Shown here piece by piece: positions 1-10,712 of a stretch of 64,000 bases of DNA. Both the position numbers and the translations under genes were made by a program. The DNA lies in assembly GCA_944358415.1 (NCBI GenBank), contig CALVRA010000001.1, positions 33,920 through 97,919 on the forward strand, written 5' to 3'. Numbering within the stretch: position 1 is the first letter of the stretch; every line of letters begins with the position of its first letter. The notes beneath the pieces are model-generated. The model made no database searches, had not been told where the DNA came from, and saw only the letters and a program-made list of their open reading frames with translations. Source of the DNA: an uncultured Bacilli bacterium (GTDB lineage Bacteria; Bacillota_I; Bacilli_A; RF39; UBA660).

Positions 1-52
1 ATATCAAGACATCGAACTTAGTAAAAAGCTAAGTAAACAAGCAGGGGACAAT

Positions 53-439
53 ATGAATTTTAATAAATGTGGATATGATGGTAAGAGCAATCCAAATCAA
101 TTATACGATGTTTATAATGGTTTTATTAGAGGCAATATGTTTCCAGATTTGTTTAATCAGTATAAACTTTCTAGACCTTATGATGTAAAAGGAATGAATG
201 AACAAGCTGAGCTTTTAACGAAGGTCGATGCTTATTCTTTTGCAGCTCACGATATAAATCTATATTTAGACACTCATCCAAATGATAGTGCGATGATTGA
301 TTTATACAATCAATATAGTGCGGATGCATGGACAGCTAAAAATGAATATGAAAGTAAGTTTGGACCACTTTTTGTAAATTCTAATGAAGGGTATCCTTGG
401 ACTTGGAATAATACACCTTGGCCATGGGAAAATAAATAG
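53..439 (+). CDS. cotJB: spore coat protein CotJB, with an N-terminal ~45 aa CotJA-like segment
   Basis: LYLDTHPND and C-terminal PWPWE motifs typical of CotJB. Lies directly upstream of cotJC. N-terminal GNMFPDLFNQY resembles CotJA. Confidence 0.8.
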   Translation: MNFNKCGYDGKSNPNQLYDVYNGFIRGNMFPDLFNQYKLSRPYDVKGMNEQAELLTKVDAYSFAAHDINLYLDTHPNDSAMIDLYNQYSADAWTAKNEYESKFGPLFVNSNEGYPWTWNNTPWPWENK

Positions 440-448
440 GAGGTATAT

Positions 449-1018
449 ATGTGGAAATATGAGAAAAAATTACAGTATCCTGTAAATATTAAGAAAAAAA
501 ATTTAAAGATGGCAAAATGTATTTTGACACAATATGGAGGTCCAGCTGGAGAGCTCGCAGCTGCATGGCAATATTTAGATCAAAGATATATTATGCCTGA
601 TGATAGGGGAAAGGCATTACTTACTGATATTGGCACCGAGGAGCTTGCCCATGTCGAAATTATATCAGCTATGCTTTATCAACTTATGAAAGGAGCAACT
701 AAAGAGGAGTTAAAAGAGGCTGGTTTAGATAGTCAGTATGCACAGTTTGGTATGGATTTATTCCCATCAGATGCTTTTGGTAATCCATTTAACATGACAC
801 ACATTAAGGTTGCAGGTGATTATATTGCGGATATTGAAAGTGATATGGGCGCTGAACAAAGGGCAAGAGCTACTTATGAGCATTTGATGGATTTGACTGA
901 CGATCCTGATATTTTAGGTCCGCTATCGTTTTTAAGGGAAAGAGAAATAGTACATTATCAGAGGTTTAAAGAGTTAAGAGATTATTATTTAAAAATTAAA
1001 AATCAAAGTTTAAAATAA
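449..1018 (+). CDS. cotJC: spore coat protein CotJC (manganese-catalase/ferritin-like family)
   Basis: 189 aa. EELAHVE and ERxxY-type di-metal motifs. GGAGG RBS upstream. Positioned after cotJB. Confidence 0.85.
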   Translation: MWKYEKKLQYPVNIKKKNLKMAKCILTQYGGPAGELAAAWQYLDQRYIMPDDRGKALLTDIGTEELAHVEIISAMLYQLMKGATKEELKEAGLDSQYAQFGMDLFPSDAFGNPFNMTHIKVAGDYIADIESDMGAEQRARATYEHLMDLTDDPDILGPLSFLREREIVHYQRFKELRDYYLKIKNQSLK

Positions 1019-1057
1019 AAAATTATCTAAAAAAATATATGCTATTTAATGTTTTTT

Positions 1058-1086
1058 ATACTTGTTTTTACAAGTATTTTTTTTTA
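1058..1086 (+). terminator. rho-independent terminator after cotJC
   Basis: 8-bp stem (ATACTTGT/ACAAGTAT), 4-nt loop, followed by a T-run. Confidence 0.6.
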
Positions 1087-1109
1087 TAAAAAAAGCATAA
1101 TAATGATAG

Positions 1110-1793
1110 GTGATTATTATGCGGAAGGTACTATTTTTATTGATTTCGTTATTGGTTTTTGGATGTTCCAAAACATTGGATATTCATGGTGATATTACAG
1201 AAATTAAATATAATGATGTTTATATTAATAAAAATGATTTTAAAAAAGTTAAGGAATTAATTAGTAAGACTTATGATAAAAATGAGGATAAGGATTTAGC
1301 TAATAAATTAACAATTAAAACGACTGATGATATATATTATTTTTCTTTGAGTGATGATGAGTTAAAATATGACGGAAAAGTGGCAAGTAATACAAAGCTT
1401 AACAGTTATTTACAAAGTTTGACTAAAAAGTATACAGATAAGAATTTCTATACAATAGATTATATGAAAAATTATGAAGCAACTAACGATGATAAAACTA
1501 TTTTACTGGATAAGACATCTAATTATATTATTATAAATTTTGGCGAGAAGGTAAGTAATTTGAAAATTAATGAGATGGAGTTTGAAAATGACAAGTATAT
1601 GGATATTGATTTACTTTATAGTTTAGATAATGTAGATGATAGTAAGATTATTATAAGGAAAAGTATTAATTATGATAGTCCAGATATTAGAATTTCTTTT
1701 GAAAACAAGTATGGATATGTGGTTTCAATTATTCCTATTTATAATAATGATAAGGATAATGTAGAATTTAAAACTACTTTTAGGTCAAAATAA
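1110..1793 (+). CDS. putative lipoprotein, unknown function
   Basis: Signal peptide with lipobox-like LLVFGCS. No recognisable catalytic motifs. Confidence 0.5.
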   Translation: MIIMRKVLFLLISLLVFGCSKTLDIHGDITEIKYNDVYINKNDFKKVKELISKTYDKNEDKDLANKLTIKTTDDIYYFSLSDDELKYDGKVASNTKLNSYLQSLTKKYTDKNFYTIDYMKNYEATNDDKTILLDKTSNYIIINFGEKVSNLKINEMEFENDKYMDIDLLYSLDNVDDSKIIIRKSINYDSPDIRISFENKYGYVVSIIPIYNNDKDNVEFKTTFRSK

Positions 1794-1885
1794 AACCTCT
1801 TATATGAGTTTTTATTAAACTGTTAATAAAGTTATAAGTTAACCTTTTATCAAGGTTCAAAAAAACCAAGTTTTATTTACTTGGT

Positions 1886-3640
1886 TTATGCTTTTTTCTT
1901 TAAAACAATGAATGCAGTAACCGCAACAATTACAGCAACACCACCAATTACAGCTACTAAAATTATACTATCTGATGTTTTTGGGTTAGTTGCTTCATCT
2001 TTAATATCTTCTTGATCTTTTAACTCTAAACTATCAATCGCTTTTAAAATGTCTTCAGCATATTGATCAACTTCTTTTTGTTCAGTAATGTTTTTATTCC
2101 AATCAACTTTGTTGATTGCATCTTCTACTAAACTAAAGTTTTTGTAGTCGTTTTTATTTAATTTGTTTGCTTTATCAATAGCTTCTTCTACTTTGCTATA
2201 ATCAGCTTTTTTATAAGCTATTGTGACAGTTCCATCTTCATTTGTAGTTACTATTTGGTCTTCATTTACAGTAACTTGATCTAATATTTCTTTAGGGAAT
2301 GTTCCGCCTTCAACGGTTGTTGTAGCACCTGTGTTAGTTGTTGGTATTGTTTGATAAGTACCACCTTTAATTGTTAATTTACCAGAATTTTTAATATTTG
2401 TATTAACTTTGCCAGTTTGGGCTTTACTTGTATCATTGATAGTAATATCTGAGCTATTAGCAATACTAATACCTTTGGTACTGTTAATAGTGTGTCCATT
2501 TAAATCAATGTTAATTTCTTTTCGGCTAATTGAAATGCTACTAGTTTCATTAGTGTCAGCTAATAATTTAACGTTAATGCCTTTAGAATCTAAAGGTACA
2601 CTATTAAGGGCATTTTTTAAATTCGTCCAATATGAATTTGTTGATTCTACATAGACATTAGCATTTTTCATTTCACCTTTTAAATCTAATTGGCCATTTC
2701 CAATTTTAACTCCACCAGTTCCAACAGTTAAAGTTCTTTCTTTAGGAATTACTACTGTAATGCCTTCAGGTATTATTAAAGCACTACTATAGTCAACATC
2801 AATAATTACTTTAGTTCCTTTAACACTATTAGCAATAATTGAACCGTTTGTGTTATTGTGATTAGTTTTAGCAGTTATTTCTCCACTATAAGATTGAACT
2901 GTTCCATTATTATTTCCTGTAGATGTTTTACCAGTAATAGTTGAATCACTAATATTAACTGTTTGCGTAGTTGTTGTACTGTTAAGTCTTTCAGTTCCTA
3001 GAAAATAAAGCCCTGTAATTGTTGAATTTTTAATAGTAATATCTGAATTTTTATTAGCACTAGCACCGCTTCGTGCGAATATGGCATAGTCTTTTTCGGC
3101 AACAACTTTTGTATTATCTACTTTAGCAGTTCCCCAGTTTTGAATAGCACCAGTAAAACCGATTTCTTTGTCCAAAGAGTTTCCCACATGAGTAGAAATA
3201 ACAGTTGAATTTTTAACAGTTAAATTACCATAATGTTCTCCTTCTTCATCTTTACTACTAGTTGCATCATTTTTAATAGTAGCAAAAGCACTTTCAGCTG
3301 TTATGCCATCTACTTCCATTGTGCCTAAGTTTCTAAGGCAAGATGAAGTATTTGATGGACAACTTATTTTACCTTTATTGCTTCCGGTATCGATTATTTT
3401 AACAGTACCTCTATTATCAACAAGATAATCATCAGTTGGTCCTGTTAAGGTATGACCATTTAGGTCAATTGTAAGGCTTTCGCCTTCATTAATGACGTGC
3501 CTTTTTGATAAAGTTACGTCTTCAGTTAGTTTGATTACATTACCACTTTGCATACCATCGAAAGATGTGGCTGCTTTTACGGCAAATGGCAAAGTAATAA
3601 ACAATGCAATAAACCCTAAAGAAAATATTTTCTTTTTCAT
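1886..3640 (-). CDS. large surface protein: N-terminal signal peptide, beta-helix-like Thr/Asn/Gly-rich repeats, helical FIVAR-like module, C-terminal TM anchor
   Basis: Signal peptide. Repeated IDLNGHT(L/I) and ...KNSTI... units. C-terminal hydrophobic helix plus KKKA. Confidence 0.5.
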   Translation of the reverse strand: MKKKIFSLGFIALFITLPFAVKAATSFDGMQSGNVIKLTEDVTLSKRHVINEGESLTIDLNGHTLTGPTDDYLVDNRGTVKIIDTGSNKGKISCPSNTSSCLRNLGTMEVDGITAESAFATIKNDATSSKDEEGEHYGNLTVKNSTVISTHVGNSLDKEIGFTGAIQNWGTAKVDNTKVVAEKDYAIFARSGASANKNSDITIKNSTITGLYFLGTERLNSTTTTQTVNISDSTITGKTSTGNNNGTVQSYSGEITAKTNHNNTNGSIIANSVKGTKVIIDVDYSSALIIPEGITVVIPKERTLTVGTGGVKIGNGQLDLKGEMKNANVYVESTNSYWTNLKNALNSVPLDSKGINVKLLADTNETSSISISRKEINIDLNGHTINSTKGISIANSSDITINDTSKAQTGKVNTNIKNSGKLTIKGGTYQTIPTTNTGATTTVEGGTFPKEILDQVTVNEDQIVTTNEDGTVTIAYKKADYSKVEEAIDKANKLNKNDYKNFSLVEDAINKVDWNKNITEQKEVDQYAEDILKAIDSLELKDQEDIKDEATNPKTSDSIILVAVIGGVAVIVAVTAFIVLKKKA

Positions 3641-3889
3641 TTTTCTACACTCCTCTCTATAATTAAGTATACCCTTTTTTCTACTTTTTTACAATTATTT
3701 TTTTGTTTGAAATTCTTTTTTTAGATAGAAGTGTTAAATAAAGTGACGAATAAAAAAGCATAGCAATATATAGCAATAAATATAATGATAATTTTAATAT
3801 AATCATACAAAATTTCAATGATATTGCCCATAAGTCATAAAGTATAACAGAACCTACATAAAATAAAACTTTCCTTTTTATTGGAAAGT

Positions 3890-5707
3890 TTATTTAGGAT
3901 TTTTCTTGTTTTCGTATTTTTTTCTTTCATTGGTGTTTAGAATTTTCTTTCTTAATCTATAGGTTGCAGGGGTTACTTCGACTAATTCATCTTCATTGAT
4001 ATAGTCTAGGCAAACTTCTAAACTCATTTCTCTTGGCCTTTTTAAGACTACAGTATGATCTTTATTCGCACTTCTAGTGTTTGTTAGTTGTTTACCTTTA
4101 GTAACGTTAACAGCTAAGTCGTTTTCATGGTTATTTTCACCAACTATCATACCCTCATAAACATCTGTTCCTGGTTCAATAAACATAACGCCTCTATCTT
4201 CTAGGGAACCTAGGGCATAGGCTGTAGCTTTGCCATTATCAATAGAAACAAGGACTCCGGCTTTTCTTTCACCAATATTACTTGCAGTAATTGGCTCATA
4301 AGATTTAAAGGCATGAGATAATATTCCATAACCTTTAGTTAAGGTCATAAATTCAGTTGTAAAGCCAATTAATCCTCTTGATGGAATGGTATATAAAAGT
4401 TTTGTCTGATTATCAAAAGGAGTCATATTTTCCATTGTTCCACCACGGTTACCTAATGATTCAATGACTGGTCCAACATATTCTTCTGGGACTTCGATTT
4501 CAACATCTTCAAAGGGTTCACATTTTATGTCATCTATTTCTTTGACAATGATTTGTGGTTTTGATACTTCTAGTTCATATCCTTCTCTTCGCATTGTTTC
4601 AATTAATATTGATAGGTGAAGTTCACCTCTACCAGATACCATCCATGACTCAGAGTCTATTTGTTTTACTTTTAAGGATACATCTTTTTCAGTTTCTTTG
4701 ATTAATCTATCTTCTATTTGTCTTGCGGTTAGAAATTTTCCATCTCTACCATTAAATGGACTGGTATTTACACCAAAGGTCATTTGTAAGGTTGGTTCAT
4801 CAATTCTAAGTGGTTCAAGTGCTTCTTCGTGTCCAACTTCACATACTGTTTCACCAACTGATATATCAGGTAAACCAGCTATAGCGACAATGTCTCCAGC
4901 ATGAGCTTCTTCAACTTCTATTTTATTTAGTCCTAGATAACCAAATATTTTTTGAATTCTAAACTGTTTTTTTGTACCATCTAAACGCATACATGTTACT
5001 GTAGAATTTACTTTGATATGTCCTCTTTTAACGACACCGATACCGATTCTTCCTACAAAATCATTATAATCAAGTAGGGCAGGTTGAAATTGGAAAGGTC
5101 CATTTTCATCAACATTTGGCTCTGGTATATTTTCAATAACGGCATCTAATATTGGATCCATGGTCTTGGCTTGAGTATTTAAATCAGAAGATGTAGAAGA
5201 GGTTCCATTTAGGGCAGATGCATATAATACTGGGAAGTCTAATTGTTCAATGGAAGCGCCTAATTCAATGAATAAATCCATGACTTCATCGACAACTTTT
5301 TCTGGTCTAGCAGATGGTTTATCGATTTTATTGACAACTACTATTGGAGTTACGCCAGCAGCTAGAGCTTTTTTTAGTACAAATCTAGTTTGAGGCATGG
5401 TTCCTTCATAGGCATCAACAACTAATAAAACACCATCAACCATATTCATTATTCTTTCAACTTCACCGCCAAAGTCAGCATGTCCTGGAGTATCTAAGAT
5501 GTTTATTTTATATCCTTTATAATTAATGGCAGTTGTTTTTGCTAAAATGGTTATTCCGCGTTCTTTTTCTAGGGCATTTGAATCCATGACTCTTTTTCCT
5601 ATTTCTTCGTTTTCTCTAAATGTTCCTGACTGTTTTAATAATTGATCGACGAGTGTTGTTTTACCATGATCGACATGGGCAATTATTGCAATATTTCTCT
5701 GTTTCAT
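3890..5707 (-). CDS. typA: translational GTPase TypA/BipA
   Basis: G1 [10 protein letters not shown]3 [12 protein letters not shown]. BipA length. Start moved to the ATG at 5707, which has an upstream AGAGGG RBS. Confidence 0.9.
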   Translation of the reverse strand: MKQRNIAIIAHVDHGKTTLVDQLLKQSGTFRENEEIGKRVMDSNALEKERGITILAKTTAINYKGYKINILDTPGHADFGGEVERIMNMVDGVLLVVDAYEGTMPQTRFVLKKALAAGVTPIVVVNKIDKPSARPEKVVDEVMDLFIELGASIEQLDFPVLYASALNGTSSTSSDLNTQAKTMDPILDAVIENIPEPNVDENGPFQFQPALLDYNDFVGRIGIGVVKRGHIKVNSTVTCMRLDGTKKQFRIQKIFGYLGLNKIEVEEAHAGDIVAIAGLPDISVGETVCEVGHEEALEPLRIDEPTLQMTFGVNTSPFNGRDGKFLTARQIEDRLIKETEKDVSLKVKQIDSESWMVSGRGELHLSILIETMRREGYELEVSKPQIIVKEIDDIKCEPFEDVEIEVPEEYVGPVIESLGNRGGTMENMTPFDNQTKLLYTIPSRGLIGFTTEFMTLTKGYGILSHAFKSYEPITASNIGERKAGVLVSIDNGKATAYALGSLEDRGVMFIEPGTDVYEGMIVGENNHENDLAVNVTKGKQLTNTRSANKDHTVVLKRPREMSLEVCLDYINEDELVEVTPATYRLRKKILNTNERKKYENKKNPK

Positions 5708-5776
5708 ACAAATCCCTCTTTTCACACTAGGAACAATTATAACACTTATGTATTTAATTGTAAATAAATTTTTGTT

Positions 5777-6373
5777 TTAAGATTGTTTGCGTTTTAGTGT
5801 GGAAAAGTTATTTATTAATCTAATTATTATTCTAATGGTCCATACAAAGAAACTTCCAATATATAAATCATTAATAGCATCTTCTCTTTTAGAAAAGTAA
5901 TTTGATTTTAAAATCATTTTATTTCTAAGTGAGAGAAGATTTAATATTTTTAAATCATCAAAGGTAATTATTTGACATCTTTTTTCTACTTCTGAGCAAG
6001 TAAATAGTTTACAAGTGAGATTTTTGGTTTTACAACCTTTTTCACTTTGATATTTGCACATTCTACAGCATCCATTTATAGTACCATTATTTAATTTTTG
6101 CTGGACGTAGCACTTATTATTTTTAAAACCACATATATTTTTATTATTATAATGGTTATCTATTTGCGTGCATGCTTCATCATAAATATATGTTATTCTT
6201 TCTTTTCTTTTTTTAATATTTAAAGCTGTAATGGGTTTTATTTCTTTATAGTCGGTTTCTACTTTAAAATATATTTTTTTAAAGATAAATGATTTATAAA
6301 AAAAGAGCTTTCGATAAAATTTATCTAAAGCTTTTTGGTCTTTTATTTTTAATATTTTAAGCATCAATTCCAC
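5777..6373 (-). CDS. cysteine-rich hypothetical protein
   Basis: Long ORF with clustered Cys (GCCRMCKY...GCKTKNLTCKLFTC). Overlaps the NUDIX gene stop by 17 nt, so it is probably co-transcribed. Confidence 0.4.
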   Translation of the reverse strand: MELMLKILKIKDQKALDKFYRKLFFYKSFIFKKIYFKVETDYKEIKPITALNIKKRKERITYIYDEACTQIDNHYNNKNICGFKNNKCYVQQKLNNGTINGCCRMCKYQSEKGCKTKNLTCKLFTCSEVEKRCQIITFDDLKILNLLSLRNKMILKSNYFSKREDAINDLYIGSFFVWTIRIIIRLINNFSTLKRKQS

Positions 6374-6800
6374 CGAAGTAGTTTCTCAATATATAATCAA
6401 AAGATATTTTGACATCTGGAAAAACTGACATTTCTTCTAAATCATGTCTTGAAAACCAACCAATATCATTACTTTCATCACTTACTTTTAATGGTTCTTC
6501 TGGGTTGTTTGGTTTTCCAACATAAACTATATCAACCATTCTATCACCATTATCTTTTCTATTATATTGGATACCTAATGGTCTTATTAAATCATCTTCT
6601 CTTGGGAAGTGCTCACCAATTAAAGTTGTTTTTATGCCTGTTTCTTCATAGACTTCTCTAGTGGCAGCTTCTTCTGGGGTTTCATTATCTTCGATATGTC
6701 CACCAGGCTGAAGCCATTTATTATATTTTTTGTGTTTGACAAGTAATAATTTTTTATTATTTGGATTAATTATATATGCAGATGCGCAAAAATGTCTCAT
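6357..6800 (-). CDS. NUDIX hydrolase
   Basis: Complete Nudix box GGHIEDNETPEEAATREVYEETGI (Gx5Ex7REUxEExGU). Confidence 0.8.
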   Translation of the reverse strand: MRHFCASAYIINPNNKKLLLVKHKKYNKWLQPGGHIEDNETPEEAATREVYEETGIKTTLIGEHFPREDDLIRPLGIQYNRKDNGDRMVDIVYVGKPNNPEEPLKVSDESNDIGWFSRHDLEEMSVFPDVKISFDYILRNYFGGIDA

Positions 6801-6841
6801 ATTATCACCTTTGTCATTATAGCAGTTATTAAAGATAATTA

Positions 6842-7561
6842 CTAGTTTAAGATGTCATAAGTTTTAGAATTGACATTTTTTCCGTAAACTATGAAGTTTT
6901 CTTTTAAATCAAGAGTTGCTAAAATGATATCTTGAAGTTTATAGCCTTTGACTTTTATTTCATGTTTAAGCCATTTTTCATCTTTATGCATTATTTTTAG
7001 AGATTCATAGATAATTTTTCCATCAATGATTAGGTTCGCACATAGTCCTGTTTTTTCTTTATTTATATTTAAATCTTTATTAGTCGGTTTTTGAAAATCT
7101 GGTTTAGCAAGAAAGCTTATTTTTCCATTGGCTTCCATTAAGGCATAGTCAATTTCTTGAATATCAAAGTAACCGTTAATTCTACATTCTTCTAAAAGAT
7201 CGTTGATATCGAATTTCGTTTTTTTTAGATTTTTATATAATATTTTACCATCTTCGATAATGATAGTGGGGTCACCTATAAAAAATCTTCTTAGTTTGAG
7301 GTTTTTTAAAGTAAGGATAGAAACTAAATATGCGACTATTCCAAAGACTATGACGGCAATAGTGCCATGCATATAGTCAGAGTCGAGGTTTAAAGCCATT
7401 TCAGCAGCAAAGTTACCTATGGAAATACCAATGACATAGTCAAAAAGACTAAACTGAGATACTTGTTTTTTTCCAATCATTTTGGTAACAAAAAATAGGG
7501 TAACTAGAGATATTAAACATCTTAATATTACGTCTAATATTTCCATTATTTCCTTTGACAT
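6842..7561 (-). CDS. DUF421 (YetF-like) membrane protein
   Basis: N-terminal TM helices. MIGKKQVSQFSLFDYV motif typical of YetF/DUF421. Confidence 0.7.
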   Translation of the reverse strand: MSKEIMEILDVILRCLISLVTLFFVTKMIGKKQVSQFSLFDYVIGISIGNFAAEMALNLDSDYMHGTIAVIVFGIVAYLVSILTLKNLKLRRFFIGDPTIIIEDGKILYKNLKKTKFDINDLLEECRINGYFDIQEIDYALMEANGKISFLAKPDFQKPTNKDLNINKEKTGLCANLIIDGKIIYESLKIMHKDEKWLKHEIKVKGYKLQDIILATLDLKENFIVYGKNVNSKTYDILN

Positions 7562-7614
7562 ATAATCACCATTAATATTATGAGGTTAAAAAAAATAATT
7601 ATACTTTTTGATAA

Positions 7615-8673
7615 TTATTTTTCTTTATTATGTTTTTTATGGAAAGCGGCTTTATCAACGATGATGTCGGTTTTTAATATGAATATAATAACTATTATAG
7701 TTAATACTGTGTATATTATATAGCCGAGTTTTTGGTCATGAAGGGCATAGATGATAGAAGCAGTGGCAAATAATATATCAATTCCATAAATAATTAAAAC
7801 TGTTGCTTTATGGGAAAAGTTTTTATTTAAAAGTTGATGATGAAGGTGAGATTTATCGGGTTTAGATATTTTTTCACCTTTTAATAACCTTCTTATAATA
7901 GCAAATACAGTATCTAGGATAGGAATAGCTAATATAAGTAATGGGATAATTAGTGAGGTTAAGGTTACACTTTTGAAACCAAGTAAGGCAATAACGGCTA
8001 TCATAAAGCCCATAAATAATGAACCTGAGTCACCGGCAAAGATACTTGCTGGATGAAAGTTATGGACTAAGAAACCTAAGACAGAACCAAGCATGATGAA
8101 TGTTAAAATAAAATCCAAGCCTGTTTTACCCATAATAATAGCAATTATTCCGATGGTAGCAAAGTAAATGGAGCTAATTCCAGCAGCTAAGCCATCTAAC
8201 CCATCAATTAGGTTAATACAGTTAAGGCAGCCTAAGATAAAAAATATGGTAATAGGGTAGGCAAGTAATCCTAAATCTAAGTAAAAACCAAAGGCTGTAA
8301 TATCTTGAATTAAAAGTTTGCCATAACAAGTTACAACGATTGCGGCCATTAATTGAGCAGCAAATTTTACGGAAGCTTTTAATGGTTTAATGTCATCAAT
8401 TGCGCCGGTTAATACTATTATAAAACTTCCTATTAGTATAGAATTCATGGTACTACTAGGTTCACCAAATAAGATATAGCCAAACAGAAAACCAAAGAAT
8501 ATGGCAAGGCCGCCTAATCTTGGCATGGGTTTACTATGGACTTTTCTTTTATTTGGAATATCTAAAGCTCCGACATGAATAGCTATTTTTTTGATAAAAG
8601 GAATTAATAATGCGACAAATATAAATGTCGTAATTATCATTAGAAAAATGTTAGTTATTTCATTTTGTGTCAT
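7615..8673 (-). CDS. MraY/WecA-family polyprenyl-phosphate N-acetylhexosamine-1-phosphate transferase (TagO-like)
   Basis: About 10 TM segments. PNKRKVHSKPMPRLGG, DDIKPL and DGLDGLA motifs of glycosyltransferase family 4. Confidence 0.8.
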   Translation of the reverse strand: MTQNEITNIFLMIITTFIFVALLIPFIKKIAIHVGALDIPNKRKVHSKPMPRLGGLAIFFGFLFGYILFGEPSSTMNSILIGSFIIVLTGAIDDIKPLKASVKFAAQLMAAIVVTCYGKLLIQDITAFGFYLDLGLLAYPITIFFILGCLNCINLIDGLDGLAAGISSIYFATIGIIAIIMGKTGLDFILTFIMLGSVLGFLVHNFHPASIFAGDSGSLFMGFMIAVIALLGFKSVTLTSLIIPLLILAIPILDTVFAIIRRLLKGEKISKPDKSHLHHQLLNKNFSHKATVLIIYGIDILFATASIIYALHDQKLGYIIYTVLTIIVIIFILKTDIIVDKAAFHKKHNKEK

Positions 8674-8712
8674 ATTTTCACCTCTAGTGGTCTATATTCT
8701 ACCATATTTTTA

Positions 8713-9237
8713 TTAAGAATGCGAATTTTCATCATTTTGTTTAAATTGATATATCATACCTAATATGGCTAAAATTAAAATGATAATAATTGATATAGTG
8801 TCATTTTTGATATTTAAAAGGTTTAAGGCAGTTTCTGAGATAGTTCCAGCACCGGCTAGACTTGTCGATATAATCATTAGTGGCCGTGTGAATTTTACAC
8901 CTATTATTCCAGCTATAAGTCCTGCTATGAGACTTACTATCATTTGAATATTTTCTGATAGATTTAAATTTTCACAGAAGATATAAGCAAATAGGGCACA
9001 TAATAGAAAGACTCCTACTAGATATAGTTTAAAGGAAATTAAGCCTAGGGCAATAGCTAGTATTATAGATGCAATGTATACGGCAGTTTCATTTTCAATA
9101 AGATTTGGTAGGTAGGTTATACCTAAGTTAAAACCGATGATTAGTCCTAATACAGCAATTAATCCTTTATTTAGTTTATAGCCAAAGAAACAGGTTATGA
9201 TGGCTATTATAAGAGTTATAATATTTACTATATTCAT
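8713..9237 (-). CDS. integral membrane protein, unknown function
   Basis: 174 aa made of about 6 hydrophobic helices. No other motif. Confidence 0.45.
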   Translation of the reverse strand: MNIVNIITLIIAIITCFFGYKLNKGLIAVLGLIIGFNLGITYLPNLIENETAVYIASIILAIALGLISFKLYLVGVFLLCALFAYIFCENLNLSENIQMIVSLIAGLIAGIIGVKFTRPLMIISTSLAGAGTISETALNLLNIKNDTISIIIILILAILGMIYQFKQNDENSHS

Positions 9238-9281
9238 TTAGTGTCTCCTTTCTTTTATATTATACCATAGAAAAAGACGAA

Positions 9282-10682
9282 TTACTCGTCTTTATAAAAA
9301 ACTTCATAAGCTTTATAGGCATTATATATATCAAATTTACTGGTTATTTCATAAGGTGAGTGCATTGATATGACAGGAATACCACAATCGATGACGTCAG
9401 TTCCTTTATCAGCTAAGATATAGGCGATGGTTCCACCGCCACCGATACCTATTTTACCCATTTCACTATTTTGATAGGCAATATTATTTTTTTCAAATAA
9501 ATTTCTGATATATCCGACGTATTCAGCATTAGCGTCTGAGGCACCGCCTTTAGATGCACTACCGGTATATTTAATTACTGAGATACCATGACCAATATAT
9601 GATTCATTATTTTTTTCATAAATGTTTGGATAGTTTGGATTATAAGCTCCTGTGACATCAGCAGATAAAACTTTAGTATTTTGGAATATTTCATCTAATA
9701 GTCCTGGTTTATTACCGATGGTTTTATTTAATATTTCACTTAAAAAGTATTCAAATGATCTTGATGACATCCCAGTGTTTCCCATACTACCAATTTCTTC
9801 TTTATCTGCCAAAAGACAAATAGCGGTTCTTTTAGGATTATTTATATTTAATAAGGCTTTTAAACTAGTGTAGGCACAGACTCTATCATCTTGACCATAT
9901 CCTGCGACTAAGCTTTGATCGAAACCTAAGCTTTTGGCTTTCATGGCAGGGGTAAATTCAATTTCACTACTGACGAAGTCTCTTTCAACGATACCATATT
10001 TTTGATTTAAAATATTTAAGATGTTTAGTTTAACTTTTTCGGATATTTCTTCATCGGTTTCATAAGGAATGCTTCCGACTAAAATATTTAAGTCTTCACC
10101 ACTTATTGCTTCTTCTAATTTCTTTTTATCTTGCTGTTTTGATAGGTGAGGGAGCAAGTCGGCAATAGTGAATATTGGTTCATCATCTTTTTCACCAATA
10201 TTTATTTCAATTTTTTTATCTTTAGTGACGATGACACCATGCATGCTTAATGGGATATTGACCCACTGATATTTTTTTATACCACCATAATAATGAGTTT
10301 TAAATAAAGCTAAGTCTTCTGATTCATATAATGGATTTGGTTTTAAATCTAATCTTGGACTATCAATATGTGAACCTATTATATTAAATCCATTTTTTAA
10401 ATCATCTGAGCCAATAACAGCTGCATAGATATTTTTATGTCTATTAATATAGTATATTTTGTCGCCAGCTTTAAAGTTTTCTTTTTCTTTTATGTCTTGA
10501 AAATTATTTTCTTCTAAGATTTTTTTGAATTCTTTGACGCATTCTCTTTCGGTTTTGGCTTTATTTAAAAATGATATATAGTTGCGTGCAAAATTTTGTA
10601 TTTGATTTATGTCTATATTCATTTCCCAGCCATTTTGTTTTTTTCTAAACAGTTTTTCTTTTAAGTTTTTTGCTTGTTCCAT
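9282..10682 (-). CDS. M18-family aminopeptidase
   Basis: GSHIDSPRLDLKPNP motif, DDRVC and EEIGS metal-ligand motifs. 466 aa. Confidence 0.75.
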   Translation of the reverse strand: MEQAKNLKEKLFRKKQNGWEMNIDINQIQNFARNYISFLNKAKTERECVKEFKKILEENNFQDIKEKENFKAGDKIYYINRHKNIYAAVIGSDDLKNGFNIIGSHIDSPRLDLKPNPLYESEDLALFKTHYYGGIKKYQWVNIPLSMHGVIVTKDKKIEINIGEKDDEPIFTIADLLPHLSKQQDKKKLEEAISGEDLNILVGSIPYETDEEISEKVKLNILNILNQKYGIVERDFVSSEIEFTPAMKAKSLGFDQSLVAGYGQDDRVCAYTSLKALLNINNPKRTAICLLADKEEIGSMGNTGMSSRSFEYFLSEILNKTIGNKPGLLDEIFQNTKVLSADVTGAYNPNYPNIYEKNNESYIGHGISVIKYTGSASKGGASDANAEYVGYIRNLFEKNNIAYQNSEMGKIGIGGGGTIAYILADKGTDVIDCGIPVISMHSPYEITSKFDIYNAYKAYEVFYKDE

Positions 10683-10712
10683 AGAAATCCCCTTTCTAAT
10701 TTTTATTATGGA

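Noticed and set aside
5777-6373. The Cys-rich 198-aa protein as a radical SAM or YkgJ-type Fe-S protein linked to a novel system.
   Set aside because: The cysteine spacing does not match Cx3Cx2C or the CxxCxxCC signature convincingly. With only a NUDIX neighbour there is no supportable functional inference.
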